From positions 124,001 to 188,000 of the IMG/VR virus record IMGVR_UViG_3300036770_006893: a stretch of 64,000 nt of DNA; one strand, given 5' to 3'. The position numbers and the translations under genes were made by a program. The notes below the pieces were generated by a model. That model saw nothing but the letters and a program-made list of their open reading frames with translations, ran no database searches and was not told the origin of the DNA. This document shows, in pieces, positions 29,179 through 38,003 of the stretch (the first letter of the stretch is position 1; each line of letters starts with the position of its first letter).

Positions 29179-29543
29179 AGTTTTTTCTCCACAGATGGTA
29201 CACATCCGCAATTTTTGCATTTACAATCTTTACATTTACAGTTTGGATTATTGCACTTGTTTTCTTTTTTATATGATATGGCTTCTGGTTTACCAGTATC
29301 TGTTTTATTTTCTGGCTCACAGTACCCACAATCAACCATTTTAATACCATCACCACTTAGGTATTTGCCTGTTCCTTTACATACTGGACAATTTTTTCTA
29401 GGATATTTTTTTTCTTTATCAATATGTTTCGCCTTAATTATTCCTCCGACAAGGGCAACAGCGCTCGTTGTCGATCCTTCATATCCGTAGTTTGATGCTA
29501 ATAATATAGATCCAATTAATGCAACGCAAAATGTTTTATTCAT
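29175..29543 (-). CDS. Secreted or membrane protein with CxxCxGxG motif and Cys-rich tail
   Basis: Hydrophobic N-terminus; CPVCKGTG...CGYC; CNNPNCKCKDCKCKNCGC. Confidence 0.7.
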   Translation of the reverse strand: MNKTFCVALIGSILLASNYGYEGSTTSAVALVGGIIKAKHIDKEKKYPRKNCPVCKGTGKYLSGDGIKMVDCGYCEPENKTDTGKPEAISYKKENKCNNPNCKCKDCKCKNCGCVPSVEKKL

Positions 29544-29694
29544 CTGTTTTTCTCCATGGAAAAATTTTTCTTCTGGGCTTAGGCGTATTTATTTCTTCTA
29601 CGCTGTTAGGCGCTATAATTTTTAATACGCCCAATATAAAACTAGCTATAATACTAATTAATCTATTAAGAGCTATTTTGTCTAAGATTTTCAT
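29536..29694 (-). CDS. 52-aa membrane microprotein
   Basis: MKILDKIALNRLISIIASFILGVLKIIAPNSVEEINTPKPRRKIFPWRKTDE; overlaps both neighbours. Confidence 0.7.
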   Translation of the reverse strand: MKILDKIALNRLISIIASFILGVLKIIAPNSVEEINTPKPRRKIFPWRKTDE

Positions 29695-30617
29695 AAATAA
29701 TTCTCAAAACCATAAGAAGGAAGCTTTTGAACAGGAAAACCGTCAAACTGACTAAATGCATAAGCACCGTTCTGTTTAAGCATCCCTGCTGCTGTGTCCG
29801 CATGGATTAAAAATGAACCATCGGGTATTTTACCCCATTCTGGATGACCTCCATCATTCCACTTGCCCCAACTATTCTGTACTAAAAACGCTGGTTCGTT
29901 ACCAGTATCATCACAAGCTATCCAAGCCATTGCGTGAGCCCAACTGCCGCTGACTCTTGCAAAACCTTTACTATCTCGTTTATTACTAAATCCATAACTA
30001 GAGCACACAGATAAGCCATAGCCATTAGCTAAGGCATCTCGTGCTTCTTCAATTGTTCTAATTAAACTTACTGTTTTGATTTGATGATCGTTGGCAACAT
30101 CTATAACAGGATCGGGTAAACCCCTAGATCCCCAGCTAGCACCTAGATTACCGTTATATTTACTAAGATCAACAACGCCTTTATAATTTTTTCTGACTAA
30201 AATTCCACCACTTTGACTTACAAATGTGGCCGCTCTAGAGCAACTCATTCCTTGACCACCGTGCCCCCTTGCTCCATAAATAGCTTCTGTTGCTCCTCTT
30301 GCTAACCAAGCTTCTCTATCTCTATGTATATCTATTTCTACTGCTCTGGATACATCACAAGCATTGCGTGTTGCATGACTGACACAATCGCCTGTGGTCT
30401 GTCTTTCATTATAAGGATTCTTATCAAACTTCAATACACTTTTGTATGGTGTGCTAAGTTTACTCTTGCCACTATTTTTGATTCTTTTAGCGCCATCGGT
30501 AAAGTAAGCATATTTTGAGCTTTCTAATAGCTCATCAAATATATGTTGCTCCCAAAGACAGCCTGAGAAACCCTTACGATAATTATTATATAAATCATTT
30601 GGAGAAAATCTTGGCAT
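29691..30617 (-). CDS. Papain-like cysteine peptidase (clan CA, C1-like)
   Basis: QTTGDCVSHA (Gln, Cys), WAHAM (His), VQNSWG (Asn). Confidence 0.88.
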   Translation of the reverse strand: MPRFSPNDLYNNYRKGFSGCLWEQHIFDELLESSKYAYFTDGAKRIKNSGKSKLSTPYKSVLKFDKNPYNERQTTGDCVSHATRNACDVSRAVEIDIHRDREAWLARGATEAIYGARGHGGQGMSCSRAATFVSQSGGILVRKNYKGVVDLSKYNGNLGASWGSRGLPDPVIDVANDHQIKTVSLIRTIEEARDALANGYGLSVCSSYGFSNKRDSKGFARVSGSWAHAMAWIACDDTGNEPAFLVQNSWGKWNDGGHPEWGKIPDGSFLIHADTAAGMLKQNGAYAFSQFDGFPVQKLPSYGFENYL

Positions 30618-30618
30618 A

Positions 30619-31110
30619 TTATTTGCTTCCTTCTAGACAAGCCCACGATAAAGCCATAAAAGCTTTTACTGCTTTGTCTCTTAGGTCGTCATCTAATGGA
30701 ATAATATCATTACCGATCTCGCTAACAATTACGGCGTTTGTTCCTTCAGATAAGCCATCATATTTATCTTTTATATTCATTTGCAACATCAAGCCAGCTA
30801 AAGAGTTGGCTTGTCTAATTTCTTCTGTGGTTTTGACAACCTCATTTTCGCCATCTAACCTGATTAACACCGCTAAATCAGAATATAGCTCTGATAATCT
30901 TTTACCATCTTTTTTTCTATCAGAAGATCCAGATTTTAGCACGTCTATTACCAACTGGCAGGTTTTTTTAAGCCCCTCATCAGAAGGAGGAGTCACAACG
31001 ACAATATTATCAACTGGATTAGGATTATTTATTGGTAAGTTTATATTTGGTCTAAATAAACCTAATAGTAATAATGCTACGCCTATTGTTAGTAATACTT
31101 TGTTATTCAT
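30619..31110 (-). CDS. Hypothetical exported or membrane-anchored protein
   Basis: MNNKVLLTIGVALLLLGLF signal/anchor; start corrected to 31110. Confidence 0.7.
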   Translation of the reverse strand: MNNKVLLTIGVALLLLGLFRPNINLPINNPNPVDNIVVVTPPSDEGLKKTCQLVIDVLKSGSSDRKKDGKRLSELYSDLAVLIRLDGENEVVKTTEEIRQANSLAGLMLQMNIKDKYDGLSEGTNAVIVSEIGNDIIPLDDDLRDKAVKAFMALSWACLEGSK

Positions 31111-31472
31111 TTGTTTTCCTCGCCACAAACTGTTGGACTTAAATATGGAAACATTTGATCAGCAACTTTTACTGCTTCATCGCATCCGCTTTTTACTGCC
31201 AAATCACGAGTCTGCTTCCAAGATGCTACTAGCTCAAAAAATATATCATTGCTTTCTGGTGCTACTAGGGTTGGTTTCGGAATTTCTACAGCATCAGTCT
31301 TGGTCGTAAGACTCTTTGCTTTATTGACTAGGTCTTGCAATATTTTTTGTACAGGACTGAGTCTGTCTTTGAATAGGACCCATAGAATAAGTCCTGCACC
31401 ACCATAAAGAGCCAAATCTATAGGCTTTAACGAAGAAGAAAATTCTTCAAAACTTTGAGCATAGTCTAACAT
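31107..31472 (-). CDS. Hypothetical single-TM protein
   Basis: LALYGGAGLILWVLF. Confidence 0.7.
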   Translation of the reverse strand: MLDYAQSFEEFSSSLKPIDLALYGGAGLILWVLFKDRLSPVQKILQDLVNKAKSLTTKTDAVEIPKPTLVAPESNDIFFELVASWKQTRDLAVKSGCDEAVKVADQMFPYLSPTVCGEENK

Positions 31473-31856
31473 TTAGGCTGTTCCTTTCTTTAAAAAAATG
31501 CCTGTTTCTCTGAAAATAGTAACAGTAGCATCAATTGAGGCCGAAACCATAATCATGAGAATTTTTTTGATATACCCATGTATAATAGGCTCAACCACAG
31601 ACGGCACAAAGGGAATATCTATAATTAAAAAAGCCTTATCGTAGAAATTATTAATATATTCAATTGCAATATCTTTTTTATCTTTACCCTCTAGAGTTTT
31701 AGCGGTTGATTCAATTATCTGTACTGTGCTTGCGGTTACGAGCTGTAGACTTCTCCACGCTTCGTTTAGTGCTATTTTTTTTACGCTTTGCAGGCTTTCT
31801 TTTAGTTGTTGGTGTACTTTTTCTGCTTCGGCTATTATTAGTTCTTTGGGCGTCAT
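31473..31856 (-). CDS. Hypothetical protein
   Basis: SD GAGGAG upstream; 127 aa. Confidence 0.7.
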   Translation of the reverse strand: MTPKELIIAEAEKVHQQLKESLQSVKKIALNEAWRSLQLVTASTVQIIESTAKTLEGKDKKDIAIEYINNFYDKAFLIIDIPFVPSVVEPIIHGYIKKILMIMVSASIDATVTIFRETGIFLKKGTA

Positions 31857-32112
31857 CTTTTGTCGTCTCCTCTTTTTTAATTTCTATTTCAGCAATTTTT
31901 TTAACTTCGTTTCTGCCTCTAATATATCTTGCTAATATGAATACTTGTCCGCTAATTAATATTACGCTTTCTACAGCATGAGATACTATTGTTATTAGTT
32001 CTTCTTTTTGATCATTTTCTTTTAATATACCGGTTAAATATAAACCACTAAATATAAAACTTACTAAAGTAAACCAAAATTCACTAGTTCGATAACCAGC
32101 TTTTATTTTCAT
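31711..32112 (-). CDS. Putative holin-like membrane protein
   Basis: GYRTSEFW followed by two hydrophobic segments and a very basic tail; SD GGGAG. Confidence 0.5.
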   Translation of the reverse strand: MKIKAGYRTSEFWFTLVSFIFSGLYLTGILKENDQKEELITIVSHAVESVILISGQVFILARYIRGRNEVKKIAEIEIKKEETTKDDAQRTNNSRSRKSTPTTKRKPAKRKKNSTKRSVEKSTARNRKHSTDN

Positions 32113-32172
32113 ATTTTGAGTCTCCCATAAGAAGCAAGGCTTTTTAAGGCTTTATCTAATTAATTTTTACAT

Positions 32173-34002
32173 TTATGTGGGCGACGGAGTTATTGTCGGT
32201 GTGACGCTTGGCGATTGAGCGTTGGGCGACGGACTTATTGTCGGTGTGACGCTTGGCGATTGAGCGTTGGGCGACGGACTTATTGTCGGTGTGACGCTTG
32301 GCGATTGAGCGTTGGGCGACGGAGTTATTGTTGGGGTGGGAGTTACTGTAGGACTCACTACTGGAATATCCTCGTCCAAATTAACTATTGTTGAAGAAAC
32401 TCGTCCTGATTCATTTAGTGTGATTCTTATTGAAGATTTTGCATTATTTTGTTTGTTTGAATCAATACATCTGCCTATATTAAAATTTTGAGGTAGTGGG
32501 CTAAGGGGTGTGCTGTATCCCACCTGCGATGATGTTTGAGCTTGTAGAATAAAGCTTGATGTGTTTGGGCTATTATCAGCAGGTACGTACCCTAAGTCTA
32601 ACATAATGCCGATAGTTACAGGTGTTATTTGTGCTGTAGAAATCGCCACGCCAGCAAAGCTACCGTAGCTCATAATATCTTGTGGTAGTGGTGGGTGAAG
32701 TAGAGTGTGTCTACTGAGCGGATTTCTTTCATAGGCCCAGTGAGATATTCTATTAATTTCGTCAAATTCATTCTGCCACATTAATGGCATATTTTTTCTT
32801 TTTGCTTGAAATTTGAATAATTTATTATATTCGTCTTGGGCTTTAACATAAAAATTTCCACGAAATGTGCCCTTAAGCTGATATCTCCCAGCTAGTTGTC
32901 CATGATTTGTTATAATTGGGCGTTTTTTCAATTTAGAAATAGCATAATCGCTCCAAAACGGCCCAAAACCTAAGGCATGCCCTAGTTCATGCACAAAAAC
33001 AGATTTCCATGTGTTATCGTTTGTGGTGCTGATAACGTCTGGATGAGTATTAATTATTAGAGCAAAGGATATTGAGTTAGCTTGTGGAGACATATCTTCG
33101 CCTATAGACACAGCATCTGTCACATAGCATTGTGCCAAAACAGAGGAGCCGTTTTCTGGAGGCTGTTGAATTATTTCAAGATTGCTAAGAAATATTCCTT
33201 TAAAGCTATCATATATTTTATTAATTTGTATCGCAATCGTTTCGTCCATTTTAATGTGTTTTTCCCACTCTTCTGCAGCAAAGGTTAGCAGCGACTTTAG
33301 ACTATCCGGTATATTACTGTTGTGCTCCCAAGAAGTTTTATCAAATAAGATATTTTTTAAGTCTGGTAGTAAAACTATAGGTCTGGTTACGTTGCTGGTT
33401 GGGCTAATTGATCCGTCGGCATTTTCAGCTAGTACCCTAAATATATAGCTGTTATTTGTGTCAAGATTATCAAATATGTATCTTGTTGGACGTAAAAGAA
33501 CAGAGGTATATGGTACGGGCTTAGAGAACCAAATGTCTCCACCATTATATGAATATTGTATATGGTGTCTAACTATGTTAGACCCACCGTTATTTTCGGA
33601 TAAAGTCCAATCTATTTGTATAGTATTGTTGTTTAAAAGAATCGCCGTAACATTTTGTGGTGGGGTTGGGGCGGATCTTGCGTCCAGAACGAGCACGTTG
33701 GATACGGTAGGAGTATCGTATGGTAGATTTCCATTTTTTGATGTTACTAGAACAGCCCTCAAATAAATAACAGAACCGAGCGGTATTCTAACAGATTGTT
33801 GTCCCGAGTAATACGAGACAGTTATTTTTTGTGTATTTCCAGAAAAATTACTATTATAACTATATTCTAAATAAATTTGTTCCGGTTTTTCTGTATTATT
33901 TCTATTCCTAGGATCTACGTACAGTTGATGTTGCCATCTGACAACAAAAAAACCTTCTGATGTTTCTTCTTGTAAAAATATAGTAATTGGATTAATAGCC
34001 AT
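32173..34002 (-). CDS. Fibronectin-III + zinc metalloprotease (leishmanolysin/M8-like) + Pro/Thr/Ser tail; putative virion protein
   Basis: PTPPQNVTA..W....NGGSNI..H.IQY..YIFRVLAEN (FN3); HELGHALG, SHW, DIMS Met-turn. Confidence 0.8.
   Translation of the reverse strand: MAINPITIFLQEETSEGFFVVRWQHQLYVDPRNRNNTEKPEQIYLEYSYNSNFSGNTQKITVSYYSGQQSVRIPLGSVIYLRAVLVTSKNGNLPYDTPTVSNVLVLDARSAPTPPQNVTAILLNNNTIQIDWTLSENNGGSNIVRHHIQYSYNGGDIWFSKPVPYTSVLLRPTRYIFDNLDTNNSYIFRVLAENADGSISPTSNVTRPIVLLPDLKNILFDKTSWEHNSNIPDSLKSLLTFAAEEWEKHIKMDETIAIQINKIYDSFKGIFLSNLEIIQQPPENGSSVLAQCYVTDAVSIGEDMSPQANSISFALIINTHPDVISTTNDNTWKSVFVHELGHALGFGPFWSDYAISKLKKRPIITNHGQLAGRYQLKGTFRGNFYVKAQDEYNKLFKFQAKRKNMPLMWQNEFDEINRISHWAYERNPLSRHTLLHPPLPQDIMSYGSFAGVAISTAQITPVTIGIMLDLGYVPADNSPNTSSFILQAQTSSQVGYSTPLSPLPQNFNIGRCIDSNKQNNAKSSIRITLNESGRVSSTIVNLDEDIPVVSPTVTPTPTITPSPNAQSPSVTPTISPSPNAQSPSVTPTISPSPNAQSPSVTPTITPSPT
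32178..32330. repeat. 45-bp tandem repeat, about 3.4 copies (encodes SPNAQSPSVTPTI(S/T)P)
   Basis: tgggcgacgga(g/c)ttattgtcggtgtgacgcttggcgattgagcgt at 32178, 32223, 32268, partial at 32313. Confidence 0.95.
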
Positions 34003-34041
34003 TATATTTAATTTTTCTATTATGTTTTTATGGGTTCGCTA

Positions 34042-34263
34042 CTATGCAACATCACCACCATCAGCACCGCCGCCACCATGATAATAACTCGGATCATCAA
34101 AACGATTGTCATATTTATTTTGAATATTTTCTATAGTTAAATTATTAGAGTAATATCCAAACCTGAGTAATTTACTACTAAAGCCGGTAGGCAACGTTGA
34201 ACAAATAGTATATTCAACATTTATTGGCTTATCAGAGTTTAGACGCATAATATCATTGGCCAT
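34042..34263 (-). CDS. 73-aa hypothetical protein with Gly-rich tail
   Basis: Strong SD AAGGAG; preceded by TTGGTGTATTAT motif. Confidence 0.7.
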   Translation of the reverse strand: MANDIMRLNSDKPINVEYTICSTLPTGFSSKLLRFGYYSNNLTIENIQNKYDNRFDDPSYYHGGGGADGGDVA

Positions 34264-34288
34264 AATAATTCTCCTTCGGTATACTAGT

Positions 34289-34300
34289 ATAATACACCAA
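34289..34300 (-). promoter_or_regulatory. GGTGTA motif (candidate late promoter)
   Basis: TTGGTGTATTAT in intergenic gap. Confidence 0.45.
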
Positions 34301-34311
34301 ATTTATAGATA

Positions 34312-35394
34312 CTATAATTGTCCACCATCAGTAATATTCCAATTATAGGTAGTACTTAATACATTTCTGGCTGACGCTGCGGCAGACGAATATTTATTTG
34401 TTCCAACTCCCCAAATCACATCATTAGAAGGAGATAATAGTTGAGACCAAGCAATAAGGGCTGCGTCGTAGTTTGATGTTCCCCAAGTGTCGCTGAAAAA
34501 CATCGACTCCATAGTAGTGACCTTGCGAATGTCCCAGCTGGAAATGTCTTGAGTAAAGGCAGTTGCTCCGCTAAAAGTAAGCAACAAGGTAGTAACGCTT
34601 GCTGTGTTCCAAGAGCTAATCGGTTGGTTGAACGAGGACGCATTCTGGAACATGCCTCTCATATTAATCACCTTAGATGTATTCCAAGAACCGATTGGCT
34701 GGTTGAAGGCACTGCAACCGGCAAACGTACCATTCATGTTTGTTACGGCCGATGTATTCCAAGAACCGATAGGTTGATTGAAAGAGTATGAGTTGAAGAA
34801 CATGAAGCCCATGTTTGTTACGGCTGATGTGTTCCAAGAACCGATGGGCTGGTTGAAAGAGTATGCGTTGAAGAACATGAAATCCATGTTTGTCACAGTG
34901 GAAGTATTCCACGAAACAATATTAACATCATTAAATTGTGAACAACCACTAAATGCTCCTTGAAGACTAGTAATGTTACTATTAGTTGGCAAGTTTGCTG
35001 GGCATTGAATAAGGTTTATGCAGTTTGCATATGCATTTAGGAGCGAGGTTAATCCAACAGTTCCAAAACTTAAACACCTTACGAGTTTAGATCTATTGTT
35101 TGTTGTACTATTTGCGGTTCCGTAATTTAGCTGTGTCATCGTGCCACTAATTTGCACAACATAAATTCCGGGAGTAGCATAAGTATGAGTCTTAAATCCA
35201 GTGGTGGTGTGCGACTCGCTTGAACCGTCGCCCCAGTCTATGACGCAGTTAACCGTTCCATTAAGAGGTACAGATATGGTATTGTTTATAGGCTCTTTTG
35301 AAGTATCGTAGACTAATACTAAATTAGTAGTATCGTAGTTAAACCTTATTTGCGAACCTATTAAAAGACTATTATTTTTTACAAAAGTACTCAT
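34312..35394 (-). CDS. BspA/DUF285-type repeat surface protein with PKD-like N-terminus
   Basis: IDWGDGS..H.Y..PG.Y.V; repeats [20 protein letters not shown]. Confidence 0.85.
   Translation of the reverse strand: MSTFVKNNSLLIGSQIRFNYDTTNLVLVYDTSKEPINNTISVPLNGTVNCVIDWGDGSSESHTTTGFKTHTYATPGIYVVQISGTMTQLNYGTANSTTNNRSKLVRCLSFGTVGLTSLLNAYANCINLIQCPANLPTNSNITSLQGAFSGCSQFNDVNIVSWNTSTVTNMDFMFFNAYSFNQPIGSWNTSAVTNMGFMFFNSYSFNQPIGSWNTSAVTNMNGTFAGCSAFNQPIGSWNTSKVINMRGMFQNASSFNQPISSWNTASVTTLLLTFSGATAFTQDISSWDIRKVTTMESMFFSDTWGTSNYDAALIAWSQLLSPSNDVIWGVGTNKYSSAAASARNVLSTTYNWNITDGGQL
34530..34920. repeat. 75-bp (25-aa) degenerate tandem repeat
   Basis: gt(a/g)ttcca anchors at 34604, 34679, 34754, 34829, 34904. 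Confidence 0.9.
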
Positions 35395-35897
35395 AGCTTA
35401 CTTGCTACTATAAAACCCTGGTCAATTTGTTCTGGGGTTAAGCCTAAATATTGAGCTAAACTTTCTATAAGAGGATGATTTCTTTCTATGTACGGTGCGT
35501 ATTCCCATTCTACTCGTGTTTTTGCTCTTAATTTTTCATTTACTATGGTATCGATAGCAGCTTCTACGCTAGTTAAACTGATATCATTTTCTATAAGCCA
35601 CAACCTCACTTGTCGTGCGCTAATAGTTTCAGGAACACCAACAACGTTTTGTATAGGAACCCAAGTTCTTATAATATCAACAAAATTACCGTCAATATTA
35701 ACCACTCTTTGTGAGGCATCTTCCGCAGTATTTTCTGGTTGTTCTGGAGTGTCACTTCTAACAGTTAGATAACCAGCATCTGCTAATACTGCCGGATCAC
35801 TTATTGAGCCAGTAACTACTGTGCCATTTTTTAATTTCAAGACTGTGGGTATGCTTGATGTTAGGTCTTGGTTGTTTGTATTATAGTACATTGTCAT
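35391..35897 (-). CDS. Putative tail-associated protein
   Basis: [12 protein letters not shown]...RVEWEYA..IER.HPLI..LA..LGLT..QID..F module typical of phage tail-region proteins. Confidence 0.65.
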   Translation of the reverse strand: MTMYYNTNNQDLTSSIPTVLKLKNGTVVTGSISDPAVLADAGYLTVRSDTPEQPENTAEDASQRVVNIDGNFVDIIRTWVPIQNVVGVPETISARQVRLWLIENDISLTSVEAAIDTIVNEKLRAKTRVEWEYAPYIERNHPLIESLAQYLGLTPEQIDQGFIVASKL

Positions 35898-36153
35898 CCT
35901 CTTTTGGTTTTTCTATCCATACTCTAGTAATATCAGCATAAGGTTTGTCTAATACTATTGATCGTTTTGTTACGTCTTCTCTTTCGCAATTTTCGGGTAT
36001 TTCACTATTGTCATTTCTAACAGTATAAAATCCATAATCAGATAAAATTTCTGCGTTATTTTGATCAAAATTGATCATTAGTACACCATCAGGATTAAAG
36101 AAATTCTTGGGCACCCTGCGTAATAATGATTCGTTTTCTGTATAGTAAAACAT
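35881..36153 (-). CDS. Hypothetical protein, paralog of the N-terminus of 35391..35897
   Basis: GFYTVRNDNSEIPEN...DITRVW vs [15 protein letters not shown]...DIIRTW. Confidence 0.7.
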   Translation of the reverse strand: MFYYTENESLLRRVPKNFFNPDGVLMINFDQNNAEILSDYGFYTVRNDNSEIPENCEREDVTKRSIVLDKPYADITRVWIEKPKEDDNVL

Positions 36154-36163
36154 TTATATTTCC

Positions 36164-37936
36164 TTAGTTAGTTTTTTCGCCTATATAGTGGCCTTGAATA
36201 GTACCATTAATACTTCTTAACAAGACTAAGTATTTTCCAGCAACAAAATTTGGTGGGGGATTGTACCAATCATCAACAATACTCCAAATTACATTAATAG
36301 GGTTGGTAAACGTCAATTCTAATAACACATCAACACTCTTAGCACTAGGCCAATTTGATCCTTCTATAAAATTAATGTTAGTAACTGTATTTTGCCAATT
36401 TGCAAAAACTTGAATCTGTCTATCTATAGCATACGATATACCAAAATTTACTGATGGGCCTGGTATTGTACCAATGGATGGAGCATATATCAGAGTAGGC
36501 GCACTTAGTCCATTATTTACAGTTAAACTACCATTTAATGTATTGTCTTCTGATGTTTGTTGATAAAAATTTCGGCCTTGAATCGTTCCAGTATTTAGTA
36601 GAGTACCGTCTGGATTTAAATATACCGTTTTATCTAAAAGATTATCTCCACCACTACTGGTGCGCAAATAAATTCTAGCACTAGGATTTAAAGAAGTTGA
36701 GGATGCCTCATCAACAATCTCCATTCTTAAACCGCCAAGAATAGTCACGTTTTTGTTATAATCTAAACTTTCTCCTCGTACAGCAAATATACCATCACCA
36801 CTATTAGCTATTTCTGGTAAAACTTGTGTGCCTCGTGCTCTTCTAAAAATTAATCTACTTGGTTCGATATCAGCGTTATAGAATTGATTAATTCTAAAAT
36901 TGCCTATGGTTTCATCAGCTATTAGCCTAAGAGTATTATTATCTGTGCTATATGTTAAATACGAGCTAGGTTCCCAATTGTTTGTGTTAGAATTATATAC
37001 TAATAAATGATCGTTTTGTAAACCGGCTAAATCTACATCATGATTATCATCTAAATGTCCATAACTAGTTGGTCTTACAAAAATGCGACCAGTATTTTGA
37101 CTAACATATAATACTATAGCAGCGCTGATGCTATGTTTTGGTTCAACCTTTGTTAATTTACCAGGAACTGTTGGATGAACATATAATATGTCACCTTCAA
37201 CCCAAGCTGGTTCATCGGCCGCATATAAATTTTGATCGCCATTAACTGCTCCGTTGCCTCTGGTATCTAAATTTTCAACATGACCAAAATTAATAGCATA
37301 ACCTTTTTGATTAATGTCAATATCTGTTAATACTAATCCCATAAAGCGTATTTCTCTTATAGTTCCATCAGCAGTGTACAAACTAGCTTCTATGAGAGAG
37401 TTATTATGAACATCACTGACATAAACTGCTTGACCAGCTCTAAGAATGGAACCAGTATTATTGCGAATTCTAAAATAGTTATGTTCGCCAACATGAATTT
37501 TAGTCCCACCTTCTAGACCCAAATCCAATGTGCCTTGTGCTTCATCCCAACCTATTTCAGCAGTTTCTATTGTAGGGTCTGCTGTTATGTTAAAAGATAT
37601 TTTATCAAATTCAGCATTGCCGCTGGTACTAATGGTTAAATTATCATTATCGTCATCATAAACTATATTTATTCCGCTACCGGGTATTAAAAATCCGCTG
37701 GCGCCAACAACATCTTGAACATCTTCTGGCTGCAATATAACGTCTTGATTATTTTCTGATTGTAAATATGGTAAGCTATTCCAAGCAGTAACTCCATCGC
37801 CAATTTTTAATTTACCAGTATCTTTTTCATATCCTGGCTCTCCTAAGCGTAAAACTTCACCACCGGGTTGCGGCTCACTATTGGCCCATTCAGCAGCGGT
37901 ACCTCTTCTAAATTTTATTACATCTTTACGCGTCAT
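36164..37936 (-). CDS. Putative tail fibre with Mtd-N/hyaluronidase-type N-terminal domain
   Basis: IKFRRGTAAEW...GEPGYEKDTGKLKIGDGVTAWNSLPY. Confidence 0.75.
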   Translation of the reverse strand: MTRKDVIKFRRGTAAEWANSEPQPGGEVLRLGEPGYEKDTGKLKIGDGVTAWNSLPYLQSENNQDVILQPEDVQDVVGASGFLIPGSGINIVYDDDNDNLTISTSGNAEFDKISFNITADPTIETAEIGWDEAQGTLDLGLEGGTKIHVGEHNYFRIRNNTGSILRAGQAVYVSDVHNNSLIEASLYTADGTIREIRFMGLVLTDIDINQKGYAINFGHVENLDTRGNGAVNGDQNLYAADEPAWVEGDILYVHPTVPGKLTKVEPKHSISAAIVLYVSQNTGRIFVRPTSYGHLDDNHDVDLAGLQNDHLLVYNSNTNNWEPSSYLTYSTDNNTLRLIADETIGNFRINQFYNADIEPSRLIFRRARGTQVLPEIANSGDGIFAVRGESLDYNKNVTILGGLRMEIVDEASSTSLNPSARIYLRTSSGGDNLLDKTVYLNPDGTLLNTGTIQGRNFYQQTSEDNTLNGSLTVNNGLSAPTLIYAPSIGTIPGPSVNFGISYAIDRQIQVFANWQNTVTNINFIEGSNWPSAKSVDVLLELTFTNPINVIWSIVDDWYNPPPNFVAGKYLVLLRSINGTIQGHYIGEKTN

Positions 37937-37991
37937 AGTATTCTGTTGCCCTTTTAAATAGATGGCTCATTTTAATATATTCGCTATTTAA

Positions 37992-38003
37992 GTAATACAC
38001 CAA
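37992..38003 (-). promoter_or_regulatory. GGTGTA motif (candidate late promoter)
   Basis: TAA-TTGGTGTATTAC immediately after the stop of the 1878-aa gene. Confidence 0.45.

Noticed and set aside
13479-31309. Long plus-strand ORFs (13479-13958, 30515-31309 and others, also 39229-39588, 42355-42873, 47273-47734)
   Set aside because: Antisense shadows of well-supported minus-strand genes. The Val/Gly-rich ones simply mirror Thr/Pro codons, and none has an SD or recognisable motif.
32178-34920. CRISPR array (45-bp and 75-bp repeats)
   Set aside because: Repeats are contiguous with no unique spacers, are multiples of 3, and encode in-frame peptide repeats
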